The notes beneath the pieces are model-generated. The model was not told where the DNA came from, ran no database searches, and worked only from the letters and a program-made list of their open reading frames with translations. Source: a virus. From it: a DNA stretch of 32,737 nt. This document shows positions 14,879-25,065 of the stretch, piece by piece. The stretch lies in IMG/VR virus record IMGVR_UViG_3300045988_160024, one strand, 5' to 3'. The first letter of the stretch is position 1. Every line of letters begins with the position of its first letter. The translations under genes were made by a program, and so were the position numbers.

Positions 14879-16132
14879 ATGAACCTTGAAGACCTGCTGA
14901 AAGAGCTCCAGGCGCTCATCGATAAGTATTCCGCCGATGACGCCGAGCCGACCGACGAGGACGCAGCTCGCATGGCCGAACTGACGAAGAGCATCAATGA
15001 GATTCGCGCGCAGCAGACTGCGACCGCGCAGACCCGCGCCGCGACCGTCGCAGCCGCCCGCGCAGCCATCGAGAACGGCACCGCCCGTCGCGTGGATGCC
15101 GTTCCGCTGGCGCGTTCCGCCAATGTCGTCGGTGCTGGCAACGCCTACGACGTGACCGACTACGACGCGGCGGCAACCCGCGCGTGGGTGAAGGATGTCG
15201 CCGAGCGTTCGGGCGTCCAGCTCGTTGGCGGTACTACTCTCACCGACGTCGAACGCGCAGCCCAGAACCACCTTATCGAGCAGCGTGCCGAGTTCACGCA
15301 CACCACAGGCAATACGGATGCAATCATCCCCGTTGAGATTCAGAGCCAGATCATTAGCCTTATCGATAATACGGCGGTATTGTATGGCGACATCCACCGC
15401 TCCAACCTGTCTGGCCAGTTCGAGATTTCCCGCCACGTCTCTATCACGAAAGGCGACGCAGCGAAGACCGACGAGGGCGCGGAACCGACCGATGTTGAGC
15501 AGAACGAGTACGACGTGATTACGCTCACTGGCGAAGAGATTAAGAAGACCGTCGAGATGTCCCGCAAGATGGCCGTCCAGTCCCTCAGCGGCTTCCAGCA
15601 GTACATCATCGACGAGGTTTCCGCCCGCCTTGCCGTGGCCTGCAACGCATTTTCCCATACGCGCCTTGCCGACACCACGCTCGGAATGGCTGCTGCGAAC
15701 AAGATCGAGACCGCAAAGGCAAACGCTATTGCCAAGTCCGACATCACCGGCATGCTTTCCAAACTCAAGACGTTTGGCAACCCCGCCGCTAAGGGCGTCA
15801 TTATTTACGCCAACAACGACACGATTTGGAACTACATCGCTATGATTGAGGACGCCAACAACCGTTCCTATTTCGTGAACGAGAGCACCGATGACCCGAC
15901 CGTTCAAGGTCGCATCTTCGGCAAGCTGGTCAAGTGCGACGATTCCATTGCCGACGGCGTTATCAAGGCGGGCTATCCTGACCTGTTCCACGGCAACCTG
16001 TTCGATGGCCCCGACGTAACGCCATACGTTGCGCCCCGCAGCCAGAAGCGCTGCTTCGATGGCTACGTGCTCTTCGATGGCGGGCTCGTGGTACCGCAGG
16101 CGTTCGCCCAGCTGACCATCAAGACCGCCTAA
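14879..16132 (+). CDS. Major capsid protein (HK97 fold) with N-terminal delta/scaffold-like coiled coil, 417 aa
   Basis: Position after the protease. Helical, acidic N-terminal 100 aa followed by a capsid-like body. Confidence 0.85.
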   Translation: MNLEDLLKELQALIDKYSADDAEPTDEDAARMAELTKSINEIRAQQTATAQTRAATVAAARAAIENGTARRVDAVPLARSANVVGAGNAYDVTDYDAAATRAWVKDVAERSGVQLVGGTTLTDVERAAQNHLIEQRAEFTHTTGNTDAIIPVEIQSQIISLIDNTAVLYGDIHRSNLSGQFEISRHVSITKGDAAKTDEGAEPTDVEQNEYDVITLTGEEIKKTVEMSRKMAVQSLSGFQQYIIDEVSARLAVACNAFSHTRLADTTLGMAAANKIETAKANAIAKSDITGMLSKLKTFGNPAAKGVIIYANNDTIWNYIAMIEDANNRSYFVNESTDDPTVQGRIFGKLVKCDDSIADGVIKAGYPDLFHGNLFDGPDVTPYVAPRSQKRCFDGYVLFDGGLVVPQAFAQLTIKTA

Positions 16133-16146
16133 GAAGGCGGTGCGCC

Positions 16147-16461
16147 ATGGCCGACAAAGCTAAGAGCAAGCTGCTCGACGCGTGCCGCGCCGCCCTGCGC
16201 ATTCCCGCTTTCTGCAACGACTTCGATGAAGAGATTGCAGACGTCATCGACGCCGCCCGCGCCGAGCTGGTAGCGGGCGGCGTCCTTCCCGAGAAGGCCA
16301 ACGACGACTCCGATGGCCGCATTCGCCTTGCCATCAAGGTATACGTCAAGGCCAATTTCGGCATGGACAACCCAGATGCAGACCGTTTCACGAAGTCGTT
16401 CGAATGCATGCTCACCTCCATGAGCGGTGATTCGGCGTACAACGGCGGTGATGCGGCATGA
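16147..16461 (+). CDS. Head-tail connector (gp6-like DNA packaging protein), 104 aa
   Basis: First gene after the capsid gene. Size and the motif IRLAIKVYVKANFG are typical of Phage_connect_1. Confidence 0.6.
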   Translation: MADKAKSKLLDACRAALRIPAFCNDFDEEIADVIDAARAELVAGGVLPEKANDDSDGRIRLAIKVYVKANFGMDNPDADRFTKSFECMLTSMSGDSAYNGGDAA

Positions 16462-16766
16462 GCGGGTGGGCTGGGGTTTGCGCGTTGATTGCGACCGTTT
16501 CCGAGCGCGACGAGCTGGGGGTTTCGCACAAAAAGGAGCGTTGCCGCCGCGTGCCGTGCAATGTCTACGGCATCAGCCAGACGGCGTATTACACCGCCGC
16601 GCAAGCTGGCGTTAAACCGCAGGCGGTCATCACGGTACGCGCGTGCGCTTACAGCGGCGAAAAGCTCTGCGAGTTCGGCGGTATCCGCTACGCCGTCGAT
16701 TCGGCGGTTGTCGCGAACGTCGATAACGTACGCCTTACCCTGGTCGAGAAAGTAGGCAACCGGTGA
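16458..16766 (+). CDS. Head closure / head-tail adaptor protein, 102 aa
   Basis: ATGA coupling. Synteny and size match SPP1 gp16-like adaptors. Confidence 0.55.
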   Translation: MSGWAGVCALIATVSERDELGVSHKKERCRRVPCNVYGISQTAYYTAAQAGVKPQAVITVRACAYSGEKLCEFGGIRYAVDSAVVANVDNVRLTLVEKVGNR

Positions 16767-17143
16767 GCGGTATAAAGATTGACCAGCTGGAAGCAATCAT
16801 CGTCAACAGCATCGAAGAGGTTATCGAGGACAACGAAGAGGTATTGCAAGGCAACGTCAAAGCCGCTGGCAGCAAGGCGGTTCGCCTGCTGAAAGAGCGA
16901 AGCCGGAAGAAGAAGCGCCACGGCGGAAGCTACGCAAAGGGATGGTCTTCCGACGTGAAGACCGAAGCGACCGGCACGACCTGCGTTGTCCATAACAGGC
17001 AATACCAACTTACGCATCTGCTCGAAAACGGCCACGCTATCAAAAACCAGCACGGTGACTATCCCGGCAAGGTCGAGGGCGATCACGTCATCGAGGGAGT
17101 TTACAAGGAGGTTGCCGCCGAGTTCTCCAAGGGGGCACAATGA
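16763..17143 (+). CDS. HK97 gp10-family tail-completion protein, 126 aa
   Basis: GTGA coupling. THLLENGH motif typical of the family. Confidence 0.6.
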   Translation: MSGIKIDQLEAIIVNSIEEVIEDNEEVLQGNVKAAGSKAVRLLKERSRKKKRHGGSYAKGWSSDVKTEATGTTCVVHNRQYQLTHLLENGHAIKNQHGDYPGKVEGDHVIEGVYKEVAAEFSKGAQ

Positions 17144-17466
17144 ACAGCCTTAAAGACCTCGCGAAGCTGCTTGACGCGTTCGGCCTTCCGTGGGCTAACG
17201 GCGGCTTCCGCGACGGCGGTTTTCCCGCTCCGCCGTATATCGACATCGAAGCCGGTTACGGCGAGAGCATGTGCGCGGACAACGCCGCTTGGTGCCGATG
17301 GATGCCGTACGATGTGGCGCTTTACGCGCGAGAGCGCGATTACGAGCTTGAGAAGCGATTCGAAGCGGCGCTCGATGCCGCAGAGTTCAATTACAGCAAA
17401 AAGGTAACGCCGCTTGACGGTGACGATCTTATCGAAACGGCTTACGAAATCGACGTTACCGAATAA
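17140..17466 (+). CDS. Tail terminator / tail component protein, 108 aa
   Basis: Assigned by synteny only: it is the last gene before the major tail protein. Confidence 0.45.
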   Translation: MNSLKDLAKLLDAFGLPWANGGFRDGGFPAPPYIDIEAGYGESMCADNAAWCRWMPYDVALYARERDYELEKRFEAALDAAEFNYSKKVTPLDGDDLIETAYEIDVTE

Positions 17467-17480
17467 AGAAAGGAGCCGAC

Positions 17481-18071
17481 ATGGCACGAAATGGTTTCTT
17501 CGGCGTTAAGAACGTGCACGTTGCGCGTTTTACCGACGAGGATACGTTCGAGTACGAGAAGCCCGTTCACATCCCTGGCGCGGTCGAATTTAAGATGGAG
17601 CCTTCAATCGAGCAGGCTACGAGCTACGGCGATAACGAACCTTGGCTCGATAAGTATCAGGACAACGGCGGCTCTATCACGTGGTCGCTCTACGACATCG
17701 AGAGCACGCCGGAGCTTCGCGAGCTTCTGGCCGACATCAACGGATTCGATATCGACGCGAAAGGCCGCGTGCTTGCAACATCCGGCAAGACCCCTAAGCC
17801 GTTCGCCTTCATGTGCGAGCAGCCCGGCCACGCCGTCGGAAAGCGCCGCTGCATCTACAAGTGCACGAGCAAGCCAGCGTCCGTCGATGCGAAGACGCTT
17901 GAGGACAAGCCCGACATCACGCAGATCGATTACGAGCTTACGTTCCGCCCCGTCACGCTTCCGACCGGCTGGCGCGGATGCTACATCGACACGTATAGCG
18001 ACCTCACGGATTACGATAAGTTCTTCGAGCAGGTTGATACCGCCGTCAAGCCTAAGACCGAGGCCGCGTAA
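17481..18071 (+). CDS. Major tail protein (phi13-family-like), 196 aa
   Basis: RBS AAAGGAG. N-terminal GVKNVHVARFTDEDTFEYEKPVHIPGAVEF pattern. Synteny fits. Confidence 0.75.
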   Translation: MARNGFFGVKNVHVARFTDEDTFEYEKPVHIPGAVEFKMEPSIEQATSYGDNEPWLDKYQDNGGSITWSLYDIESTPELRELLADINGFDIDAKGRVLATSGKTPKPFAFMCEQPGHAVGKRRCIYKCTSKPASVDAKTLEDKPDITQIDYELTFRPVTLPTGWRGCYIDTYSDLTDYDKFFEQVDTAVKPKTEAA

Positions 18072-18517
18072 TGGACGGCGGAATCATCGAGGTTGGTGGA
18101 GTTAAGTATCCCGTTGCTTGCAATGCGTTCACCCCTATCGCATACTCGCGCGAGTTTTACGTTGAGCGCAAGGACGGGAGCCGCCGACCGAAGGACATCA
18201 ACGAAGCCGTTTCGATGGTGATTGAGGTTTCTGCAACGTCGAACATGCCGCCCATCGTGCCCCTGCTCGAAATCTTCTATGCCTTCGCGAAGACGTACAA
18301 TGCCACGGCGAAGGACAAGACAGACCTTGGAAAATCATTCGAAGATTGGGTTTGCAGCTTCCCGCAATCGGAATTCGACCTTGAGCGCGAAGGCGGTTGG
18401 GCATTCGACGTGATGCAGATCATCAAGGACAACTTTTTTCCGAATGCAAAAGCGGACATGGAAGCCGCGACCGCCGAAGCATCCGATGCCGCCGCTTCCG
18501 CCGGAGCTGGAAAGTAG
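18071..18517 (+). CDS. Tail assembly chaperone (gpG-like), 148 aa
   Basis: Lies between the major tail and tape measure genes. Acidic. TAATG coupling. Confidence 0.7.
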   Translation: MDGGIIEVGGVKYPVACNAFTPIAYSREFYVERKDGSRRPKDINEAVSMVIEVSATSNMPPIVPLLEIFYAFAKTYNATAKDKTDLGKSFEDWVCSFPQSEFDLEREGGWAFDVMQIIKDNFFPNAKADMEAATAEASDAAASAGAGK

Positions 18518-18704
18518 CTGCGACGCGCTCTATATCTACTCTTGCCAGCAGGCGGGATTGAGCGTCCAAGACCTGCACACGCTGTCTTATGCGCAGGTGC
18601 AAAACCTTATCGAGGTATACAGCTTCGTAAACGATGCCGTGGCGTATGCCGAGGATGACGAGCAGGCGCGGCAAGGCGAAGCGGCCTTCTGGGCTGGACT
18701 GTGA
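18414..18704 (+). CDS. Frameshift extension of the tail chaperone (gpT-like part), reached from the +1 (or -2) frame
   Basis: The frame is open from 18414 to the TGA at 18702-18704 and has no RBS or plausible start of its own. It overlaps the gpG frame around the T6 run at 18434-18439 (AAC TTT TTT CCG). Confidence 0.55.
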   Translation, partial: CRSSRTTFFRMQKRTWKPRPPKHPMPPLPPELESSCDALYIYSCQQAGLSVQDLHTLSYAQVQNLIEVYSFVNDAVAYAEDDEQARQGEAAFWAGL

Positions 18705-18785
18705 GCGTAAAGCGCCAGCGCACCTACGCGGTGCGCTGTTCTGTGCGCTCATTTCTTTCATTGACAATCGAAAAGAGGTGAAACC

Positions 18786-21392
18786 GTGGCTGTCACGTAC
18801 AAAGGGCTGACAATCAAGTTCGGCGGCGATACGACCGAGTTGCAGGGCGCGTTGAAGAGCGTGCAGAGCACGGCGAAGGATACGCAGGGCGCGTTGAAGG
18901 ACATCAACCGCGCCTTGAAATTCGACCCCGGCAACACCGATTTGCTCGTTGAGAAGGAAAAGCTTCTCAACCGCGCCTATGGCGAGACGAAAACGAAGCT
19001 CGACGCTTACAAGGCTGCGTTGGCAACGCTCGACGAGAAGAAGCGCAGCGGCGCGACGCTCACCGAGCGCGAGGAAGCGCAGTATTCGAGCCTTAAGGCT
19101 CAAATCTCAATCTGCGAAAACCAGCTTGAGAGTTATTCCGACGATCTCAAAAGCGTCGGTCGCGAAGCCCAGGCATCGAAGAGCAACCTTTATCAATTCG
19201 GCCAGACAATCCAGGACAATAGCGACAAGCTGGAAAAGGCGGGCAAGGGTCTTGAGACTGCCGGTAAGACCATCACGGGCACCGTCACCGGCGCTGCTAC
19301 CGCGCTTGTCGGGCTTGCCAGCAGCCAGGAAGAGCAGATCGAGCAAACGCACCAGCTGGACGCTGCATGGAAGGATGCTGGCGGAACGTCCGAGCAGGCG
19401 CGAAGCTCTTATACCCTGTTTTACAAGCTGCTTGGCGAAGAGGACACCGCGACCGAAGCGGCGCAGAACCTGTCGCGTCTGACCACCAACCAGCAGGAGC
19501 TTGACAAGTGGAACAACATCGCCGCAGGCTCGTTTTCCAAATTCGGCGATGCCCTACCGCTCGAAAACCTCGTCGAAGCTTCGCAGGAGACGGCGCACAC
19601 CGGCACCGTCACCGGCGGTCTTGCCGATGCCCTCAACTGGGCAACGGCCAGCAACGAGCAGTGGAGCGCAGCGCTTTCCGGCAACCAGGCGGCGCAGCAG
19701 GCTTTCAACGACCAGATAGACCAGGGCGCGACCAAAGAGGACGCTTTCAACGCGGCGCTTGCCGCCTGCGGTGACGAGCAAGAGCGCTCTTCGCTTATCA
19801 CGCAGACGCTCGATGGCCTTTACGGCGACATCGGCGAGACGTACCAGGAAACCAATAAAACGATGCTCGACGCGCGCGAAGCGCAAGCCGAGCTTAACCA
19901 GAAGATGGCCGAAGCCGGAGAAGCGGCGATGCCATTCAAGGAAAAGGCGCTTGAGCTTGGAACGACCTTGCTTGAGAAGGTAACGCCAGCGCTTGAGGGC
20001 GTTTCGGACTGGTACAAGTCCCTAACGCCTGAGCAGCAGGACATGGCCACAAACGTTGCTTTGGGGACGGTCGCGTTCGGCGGTCTTACAACCGGCATCG
20101 GCAAGACGCTCCAAAAAGGCGTTGAGATCGGCCAGACGTTCAAGGACGTTGCGGGCGGCTTCGCTTCCCTCGCGGGCAAGTTCGGCGAAGGCGGCGGCGC
20201 TATAAGCACGGCGGCAACGGGCTTCGGCGGCATCGCCGAGAAGGCGGGCGGCTTGGCATCGACCCTTGGCGGCAAGCTCTCTACCGGCTGGACTTCGTTC
20301 ACCGGCTTGATTGCGGCAAACCCCATCTTGCTTGGCGTTGCCGCCGTCGCGGCTGCTGTCGCTGGCCTTACGTGGTTTTTCACGCAAACAGAGACGGGCA
20401 AGCAGCTTTGGGCTGGCTTCACTGGATGGATTTCCGAAAAGTGGCAAGGCGTGCAGGATTTCTTCGCAGGCGTGCCGGAATTCTGGTCTGGGATTTGGGA
20501 CGGCATAACAGGCAAGGCAGAAGAGGTCAAAAACAGCCTTGGCGAGAAATTCGAGGGCATAAGACAAGGCGCGTCCGATGCTTGGGAAGGCTTGAGGTCT
20601 AACGCGTCCGATGCTTGGGAAAACCTGAAATCCGCAGCATCGGAAAAATTCGGCGCTATCAAGGATTCGATTCAAACGGACATGAACACCGGGCAAATCG
20701 TCGGCTCTGCCGCTTCAAGCGCCTTGAAAGCGGCCATGAACGGGGATTGGGACGCGGCGAAGTCGCAAGCCGGTAGCGCCTTCCAGGCAATACAAAGCAA
20801 CATCCAAACGAAGATGAACAACGCCAAGGACAACGCCATAAACGCCGGTAACTCCATCGGCGAGAAGCTGGGCTTTCCTGGACTTGGAAGCAAGGTCGCT
20901 GGCGTTTTTTCGGGCATCAAGAGCAATATTACTTCGCCGATCAGCGAAGCATGGAACTTCATCAGCGGCATCCCTTGGAAGATTCAGAACGCTTTCAGCG
21001 GAATTCGCATCAGCCTGCCGCACATCAACATGCCGCATTTCAACGTCAGCTGGCGCGACATCGGCGGCGTTGTAAAGCTGCCGTCAATCAGCGTCAATTG
21101 GTATGCAAAGGGCGCATCCTTCGACAAGCCTTCGATTATCGGCGTTGGCGAAGCTGGACTGGAACACGTAGCGCCCGATGCAAAGCTGCGTTCCAGCGTC
21201 AAAGAGAGCGTCGAAGCTGGCATTGCCCGCGTGCTAGACCGCCTGGGCGGCGGCTTCGGCGGCGGCGCTCAGGTCAACGTGACCGTCAACGCTACGGTCG
21301 CAAACGGCGTTGACGCGTACACGACCGGACAGCAGATCGGTGCTGGCATTGCCAGCAAGCTAAAGCAAAAGGGGGTGCCAGTTGGAGCTTAA
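18786..21392 (+). CDS. Tape measure protein, 868 aa
   Basis: GTG after AAGAGGTG. Long helical protein with Gly/Ala-rich membrane-like segments. Position fits. Confidence 0.9.
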   Translation: MAVTYKGLTIKFGGDTTELQGALKSVQSTAKDTQGALKDINRALKFDPGNTDLLVEKEKLLNRAYGETKTKLDAYKAALATLDEKKRSGATLTEREEAQYSSLKAQISICENQLESYSDDLKSVGREAQASKSNLYQFGQTIQDNSDKLEKAGKGLETAGKTITGTVTGAATALVGLASSQEEQIEQTHQLDAAWKDAGGTSEQARSSYTLFYKLLGEEDTATEAAQNLSRLTTNQQELDKWNNIAAGSFSKFGDALPLENLVEASQETAHTGTVTGGLADALNWATASNEQWSAALSGNQAAQQAFNDQIDQGATKEDAFNAALAACGDEQERSSLITQTLDGLYGDIGETYQETNKTMLDAREAQAELNQKMAEAGEAAMPFKEKALELGTTLLEKVTPALEGVSDWYKSLTPEQQDMATNVALGTVAFGGLTTGIGKTLQKGVEIGQTFKDVAGGFASLAGKFGEGGGAISTAATGFGGIAEKAGGLASTLGGKLSTGWTSFTGLIAANPILLGVAAVAAAVAGLTWFFTQTETGKQLWAGFTGWISEKWQGVQDFFAGVPEFWSGIWDGITGKAEEVKNSLGEKFEGIRQGASDAWEGLRSNASDAWENLKSAASEKFGAIKDSIQTDMNTGQIVGSAASSALKAAMNGDWDAAKSQAGSAFQAIQSNIQTKMNNAKDNAINAGNSIGEKLGFPGLGSKVAGVFSGIKSNITSPISEAWNFISGIPWKIQNAFSGIRISLPHINMPHFNVSWRDIGGVVKLPSISVNWYAKGASFDKPSIIGVGEAGLEHVAPDAKLRSSVKESVEAGIARVLDRLGGGFGGGAQVNVTVNATVANGVDAYTTGQQIGAGIASKLKQKGVPVGA

Positions 21393-22116
21393 GCGGAAGC
21401 GAAACCAAAGCGATAGCATCATCTTCAACGGGCACGACCTGTCGAAGCTCGTCTACTGCAAGGTGCGCCGCCCCATCATGGCGAGCGTATCGGCGAGCTT
21501 CGAGGACGCGCCCGGACGGCACGGCGAATACTTCAAGAACGCACGCCGTTCCGGCTACGACTTGCAGGTTGATATGTGGCTTCGCACCGAGCACCGGCGC
21601 GAGGTCGCTAAGGCGCGGCACGATTTGGCGACGCTGCTCTGGTCTGACGAGCCGGCGCCGCTTTATTTGCCTGATGACCCTACGCGCTATTTGATGGCGA
21701 TTGTTAGCGGCGCAACCGACCTTGACGAGATTACCGACGATTGCCCTTCCGCGACCGTTACGTTCCACATTGGCGATCCAGACTATTACGGCCAGCATCG
21801 CCGAATGGATATGAGCGACACGGCATCGTTCGCCGTCGGCGGCACGCTGCCTGCCGCTCTTACCGTGACGGCGAAGCCCGGAGCTTGCAGCTCTTGGCGC
21901 ATTACTAATACCGATACGGCGGAGTTCGTCGAGGTGGTGCAGCCGTTGACGGCTTCGAGCGTCGTTCGCATGGACTTCGACAAGGAGCACGTGACCGTTA
22001 ACGGCTCTGTTGCTCAACTCAACATCATGAGCGACTTTTTCACAGTCAAAGACCGTGCGCACATCAAGATTTCTAGCGGCTCTGCGGTGCTGGAATGGGA
22101 GGAAAGATGGCTTTAA
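21382..22116 (+). CDS. Distal tail protein (Dit, Sipho_tail family), 244 aa
   Basis: TTG start after AAGGGGGTG. The conserved N-terminus SIIFNGHDLSKL follows the tape measure gene. Confidence 0.75.
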   Translation: MELKRKRNQSDSIIFNGHDLSKLVYCKVRRPIMASVSASFEDAPGRHGEYFKNARRSGYDLQVDMWLRTEHRREVAKARHDLATLLWSDEPAPLYLPDDPTRYLMAIVSGATDLDEITDDCPSATVTFHIGDPDYYGQHRRMDMSDTASFAVGGTLPAALTVTAKPGACSSWRITNTDTAEFVEVVQPLTASSVVRMDFDKEHVTVNGSVAQLNIMSDFFTVKDRAHIKISSGSAVLEWEERWL

Positions 22117-24866
22117 TAAACAAGGTCAACTTCACCCGTTTCAGCCGATTCGGCGTGAATCTCGGGCGGCTCACCTACACAGCCGCCACCCATGAGGAAG
22201 CAACCGACGGAACCGACGAGCTTAAGATCACGTGCGACGAGGATTTGACCAAGGGCGAGCGCCTTGTTTGGCTTGACCGACAAGGCGTTGCGCATGAGCA
22301 TATCGTTGACGAAATCGAGCGCCTGCACGATGCCGACGGCAAGCCTTATACAAGCGTCACGTGCATCAATTCCATCAATGAGACGTGGGATGATTACATC
22401 GAGGACAAGCGACCTTCCGGCAGCGCTGCCGTGGCGCTTGCTTCAATCCTCGCTGGCACACGTTGGGAAGTTGGCAACTGCGACCAGCCCGGCGGCGCTT
22501 CGCACACCTTCTACCACATCAGCGTTCGCGAAGGCTTGAGCGATTTGCTCAAAACCTGGGGCGGCGAACTTGAAACCGTCATCGAGACGGACGGCGTGCA
22601 GGTCACGCACCGATATGTGCGCGTGGTCGCGACGCGCGGAAACCAGCAAAGCCCTAAGCGTTTCACCTGGACGAAAGACCTTATCAGCATCAAGCGAAAG
22701 ACGGGTAGCGCCAACCCTAAGACGCGCGTTTACGGCTACGGCAAGGGCGTTGAGACGGACACCGGCGGCTATGGCCGACGCTTGACGTTCGGCGATATAA
22801 ACGGCGGCAAGGATTACGTTGAGGATGCGTCCGCAACCGAGGTTTGGGGGCATCCCGACGGCAGCGGCGGCATCGCTCCCGCTGTGGACGTTTACATTAA
22901 CGAGCAGTGCGAGGATGCAGCGCAGCTTTTGGCCGAAACGCGCGATTACCTCGAAACCGTTAAAGCGCCTACCGTGTCATACGAAGCGAGCGTGCTTGAC
23001 CTGTTCGCGTTCGGGCGAGATTGGGAGGGCGTGGCCGTCGGAGATTGCGTGGCGATCATCGACAAGGGCTTTTCCGATGCCGGAATCAGGCTTAAGGGCC
23101 GCGTCTCGAAGCTGTCCCGCGACCTGGTGACCGGCGATGCATCGGTGACGTTCGGCAATCTCACCGATGACCTGGCAGACATCTTCCAGGCGATGACGCA
23201 GCAGCTAAAGAGCGGCAGCAACCAGCGTGCGAACTATGACGCGGCAGCAGGAACGTCCGTTTCGTGGCTCAGCCAGCTCATGGCCGCGCTAAACAAGGCG
23301 TTTAACGCAGTCGGCACGTACAAAGTCGAGACGTTCGAGCTTGGCGTTATCTACTCAAACGTGCCGCTTGATGCCGAAACGGGCGTGCCGCTCAAGGCAA
23401 CGTCCGGCATGTGGGCGGTCAACATCAACGGCATGGGCATCCGCCTTGCCGCATCGCTTGTAAGCGACGGTCAATGGAATTGGCGCACGTTCATCACCGG
23501 CGCTCAGGTGAGCGCCGATTGCATCAACGCCGGAACGATGCGGGCAGACCGCATCCGCGCGGGCTTGCTGACAGACGAGGTAGGCGCGAACTATTGGAAT
23601 TTGGAGACGGGAGAATTCCAGCTATCGCCCGCCGCGAAGTACGGTGATGGCAGCTTGACTGTCGATGGCGTTATCGAAGACCTGCACAGCGAAATGGAGC
23701 AGAACAGAACCCACATCGTGGGCCTTGAGAACGACTTCCAGACAAGGAATAAGGAACTCGACGAGACGATAAGTACCCTCGACAAGACGGTTGACGACAT
23801 CGCCAAAGACGGGATCGTCACCGAGGCGGAGAAAGCTGCCGTAAATAAGATTCTCCAGACCGTGCAGAAAGATAAAGAAGACCTATCTGCACTATACAGA
23901 TCCCTGTCGTCAAACAAGAATTTGCAGGTTCAATTCAAGGCGCAAGCCTTAGAGCCGAGGTACAACAAAGCGTTCGGCGAGGGCGGAGCGTTCGATGTCC
24001 TGATGTCAGCCATCTCGGATGTCACGAACTGCTCGACAGCCGAGGCGCTGAAAGCCGCCATGTCGGATTATAAGAGCGCCTATGAAAGCTACTCATCCGC
24101 AGTAACGGTCTATTCGGCGGTAGCGCGACAGGCGACGAGCATGATTGCGCAAGAGGTTGCTAAGACCGATGCGGAGAAACTTGTCGACAATCTCGACGAG
24201 AGCCTCAAACAGCAAGAGATCTTCAATCGGCTCACCAACGACGGAGCAAACAAAGGCATCTACATGTCCAATGGCGAGCTGTACGTCAATGCGACATACC
24301 TCAAGAGCGGAACAATCGGCGACGGTCAGGGGAAGAACTCCTGGAGTCTGACGAGCGGCTATTTCCAGACGACCTATGGCGTTATCGGTGGGCTATCAAT
24401 CGACAACAACAAATTGTATAGATATAAGCTCACGCTGGACTCGAATACCTCTGGCCTGTACATCGGCACGGACGGTTTCAGCGTCGGAGACGGCACCTGC
24501 TACACGGCAATGGCCAACGGATACCTATATGGCGGCACGGCTGAGGATATTACGGGCTATGTCGGATTCAACAACTACAACACAAGTAGTCGTGTATATG
24601 GTGCGCGATTGGCAGGCAAGGGATGCATTTGCCTTTTGACCGACGACTGGATCGGAGTCGGGCCATACAAGGATCGCGGCGAGTACGTCGAGTGCAAGAC
24701 CGGCAGAACCGGCAGCGTCACTCTCGTTGGAAATCTACAAAGCTCGTGGACGAACCTGTCGTTGACAGGAGTCTACAACGTCAGCAATCTCTGCCAAAAC
24801 CTCTCGATGCACTGGACGAACTGGACTCTGAATTTCGATCACGGCCTCATGGTCACGGCACTTTAG
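22107..24866 (+). CDS. Tail-associated protein (Tal / prophage-tail endopeptidase-type N-terminus) with coiled-coil and C-terminal fibre region, about 919 aa
   Basis: ATG after GGGAGGAAAG. Synteny after Dit. Central coiled coil. The last roughly 170 aa show a local GC drop. Confidence 0.75.
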   Translation: MALINKVNFTRFSRFGVNLGRLTYTAATHEEATDGTDELKITCDEDLTKGERLVWLDRQGVAHEHIVDEIERLHDADGKPYTSVTCINSINETWDDYIEDKRPSGSAAVALASILAGTRWEVGNCDQPGGASHTFYHISVREGLSDLLKTWGGELETVIETDGVQVTHRYVRVVATRGNQQSPKRFTWTKDLISIKRKTGSANPKTRVYGYGKGVETDTGGYGRRLTFGDINGGKDYVEDASATEVWGHPDGSGGIAPAVDVYINEQCEDAAQLLAETRDYLETVKAPTVSYEASVLDLFAFGRDWEGVAVGDCVAIIDKGFSDAGIRLKGRVSKLSRDLVTGDASVTFGNLTDDLADIFQAMTQQLKSGSNQRANYDAAAGTSVSWLSQLMAALNKAFNAVGTYKVETFELGVIYSNVPLDAETGVPLKATSGMWAVNINGMGIRLAASLVSDGQWNWRTFITGAQVSADCINAGTMRADRIRAGLLTDEVGANYWNLETGEFQLSPAAKYGDGSLTVDGVIEDLHSEMEQNRTHIVGLENDFQTRNKELDETISTLDKTVDDIAKDGIVTEAEKAAVNKILQTVQKDKEDLSALYRSLSSNKNLQVQFKAQALEPRYNKAFGEGGAFDVLMSAISDVTNCSTAEALKAAMSDYKSAYESYSSAVTVYSAVARQATSMIAQEVAKTDAEKLVDNLDESLKQQEIFNRLTNDGANKGIYMSNGELYVNATYLKSGTIGDGQGKNSWSLTSGYFQTTYGVIGGLSIDNNKLYRYKLTLDSNTSGLYIGTDGFSVGDGTCYTAMANGYLYGGTAEDITGYVGFNNYNTSSRVYGARLAGKGCICLLTDDWIGVGPYKDRGEYVECKTGRTGSVTLVGNLQSSWTNLSLTGVYNVSNLCQNLSMHWTNWTLNFDHGLMVTAL

Positions 24867-24876
24867 GAGAGAAACA

Positions 24877-25065
24877 ATGGCCAACTACAAAGTTGCGAAA
24901 GATGGCCTGGCTTTTTATGTGCAGCCGTGGATGCTCGACTATTACGCATCCAATGGCTACAAGGTTTACAAAACAGTTGAGGAAGAAGTTACGAATGTCG
25001 CTGCTGAAATCGCCAGCATAGATGTACAGCAGCCTGTGGTCGAGGAGGCTACCACCAATGGATAA
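24877..25065 (+). CDS. Hypothetical protein, 62 aa
   Basis: ATG after GGAGAGAAAC. Lies in the tail-tip module. Confidence 0.5.
   Translation: MANYKVAKDGLAFYVQPWMLDYYASNGYKVYKTVEEEVTNVAAEIASIDVQQPVVEEATTNG

Noticed and set aside
14771-15991. Very long antisense ORFs. Examples are the 406-aa ORF opposite the capsid gene and similar ones at 26325-27206, 19820-20662, 21292-22062, 7026-7772, 13539-14246, 9205-9882, 16119-16796 and 18423-19103.
   Set aside because: They lie entirely opposite well-supported genes and are Arg/Ala/Gly-rich with no RBS. They are the shadow ORFs expected in moderately high-GC DNA.
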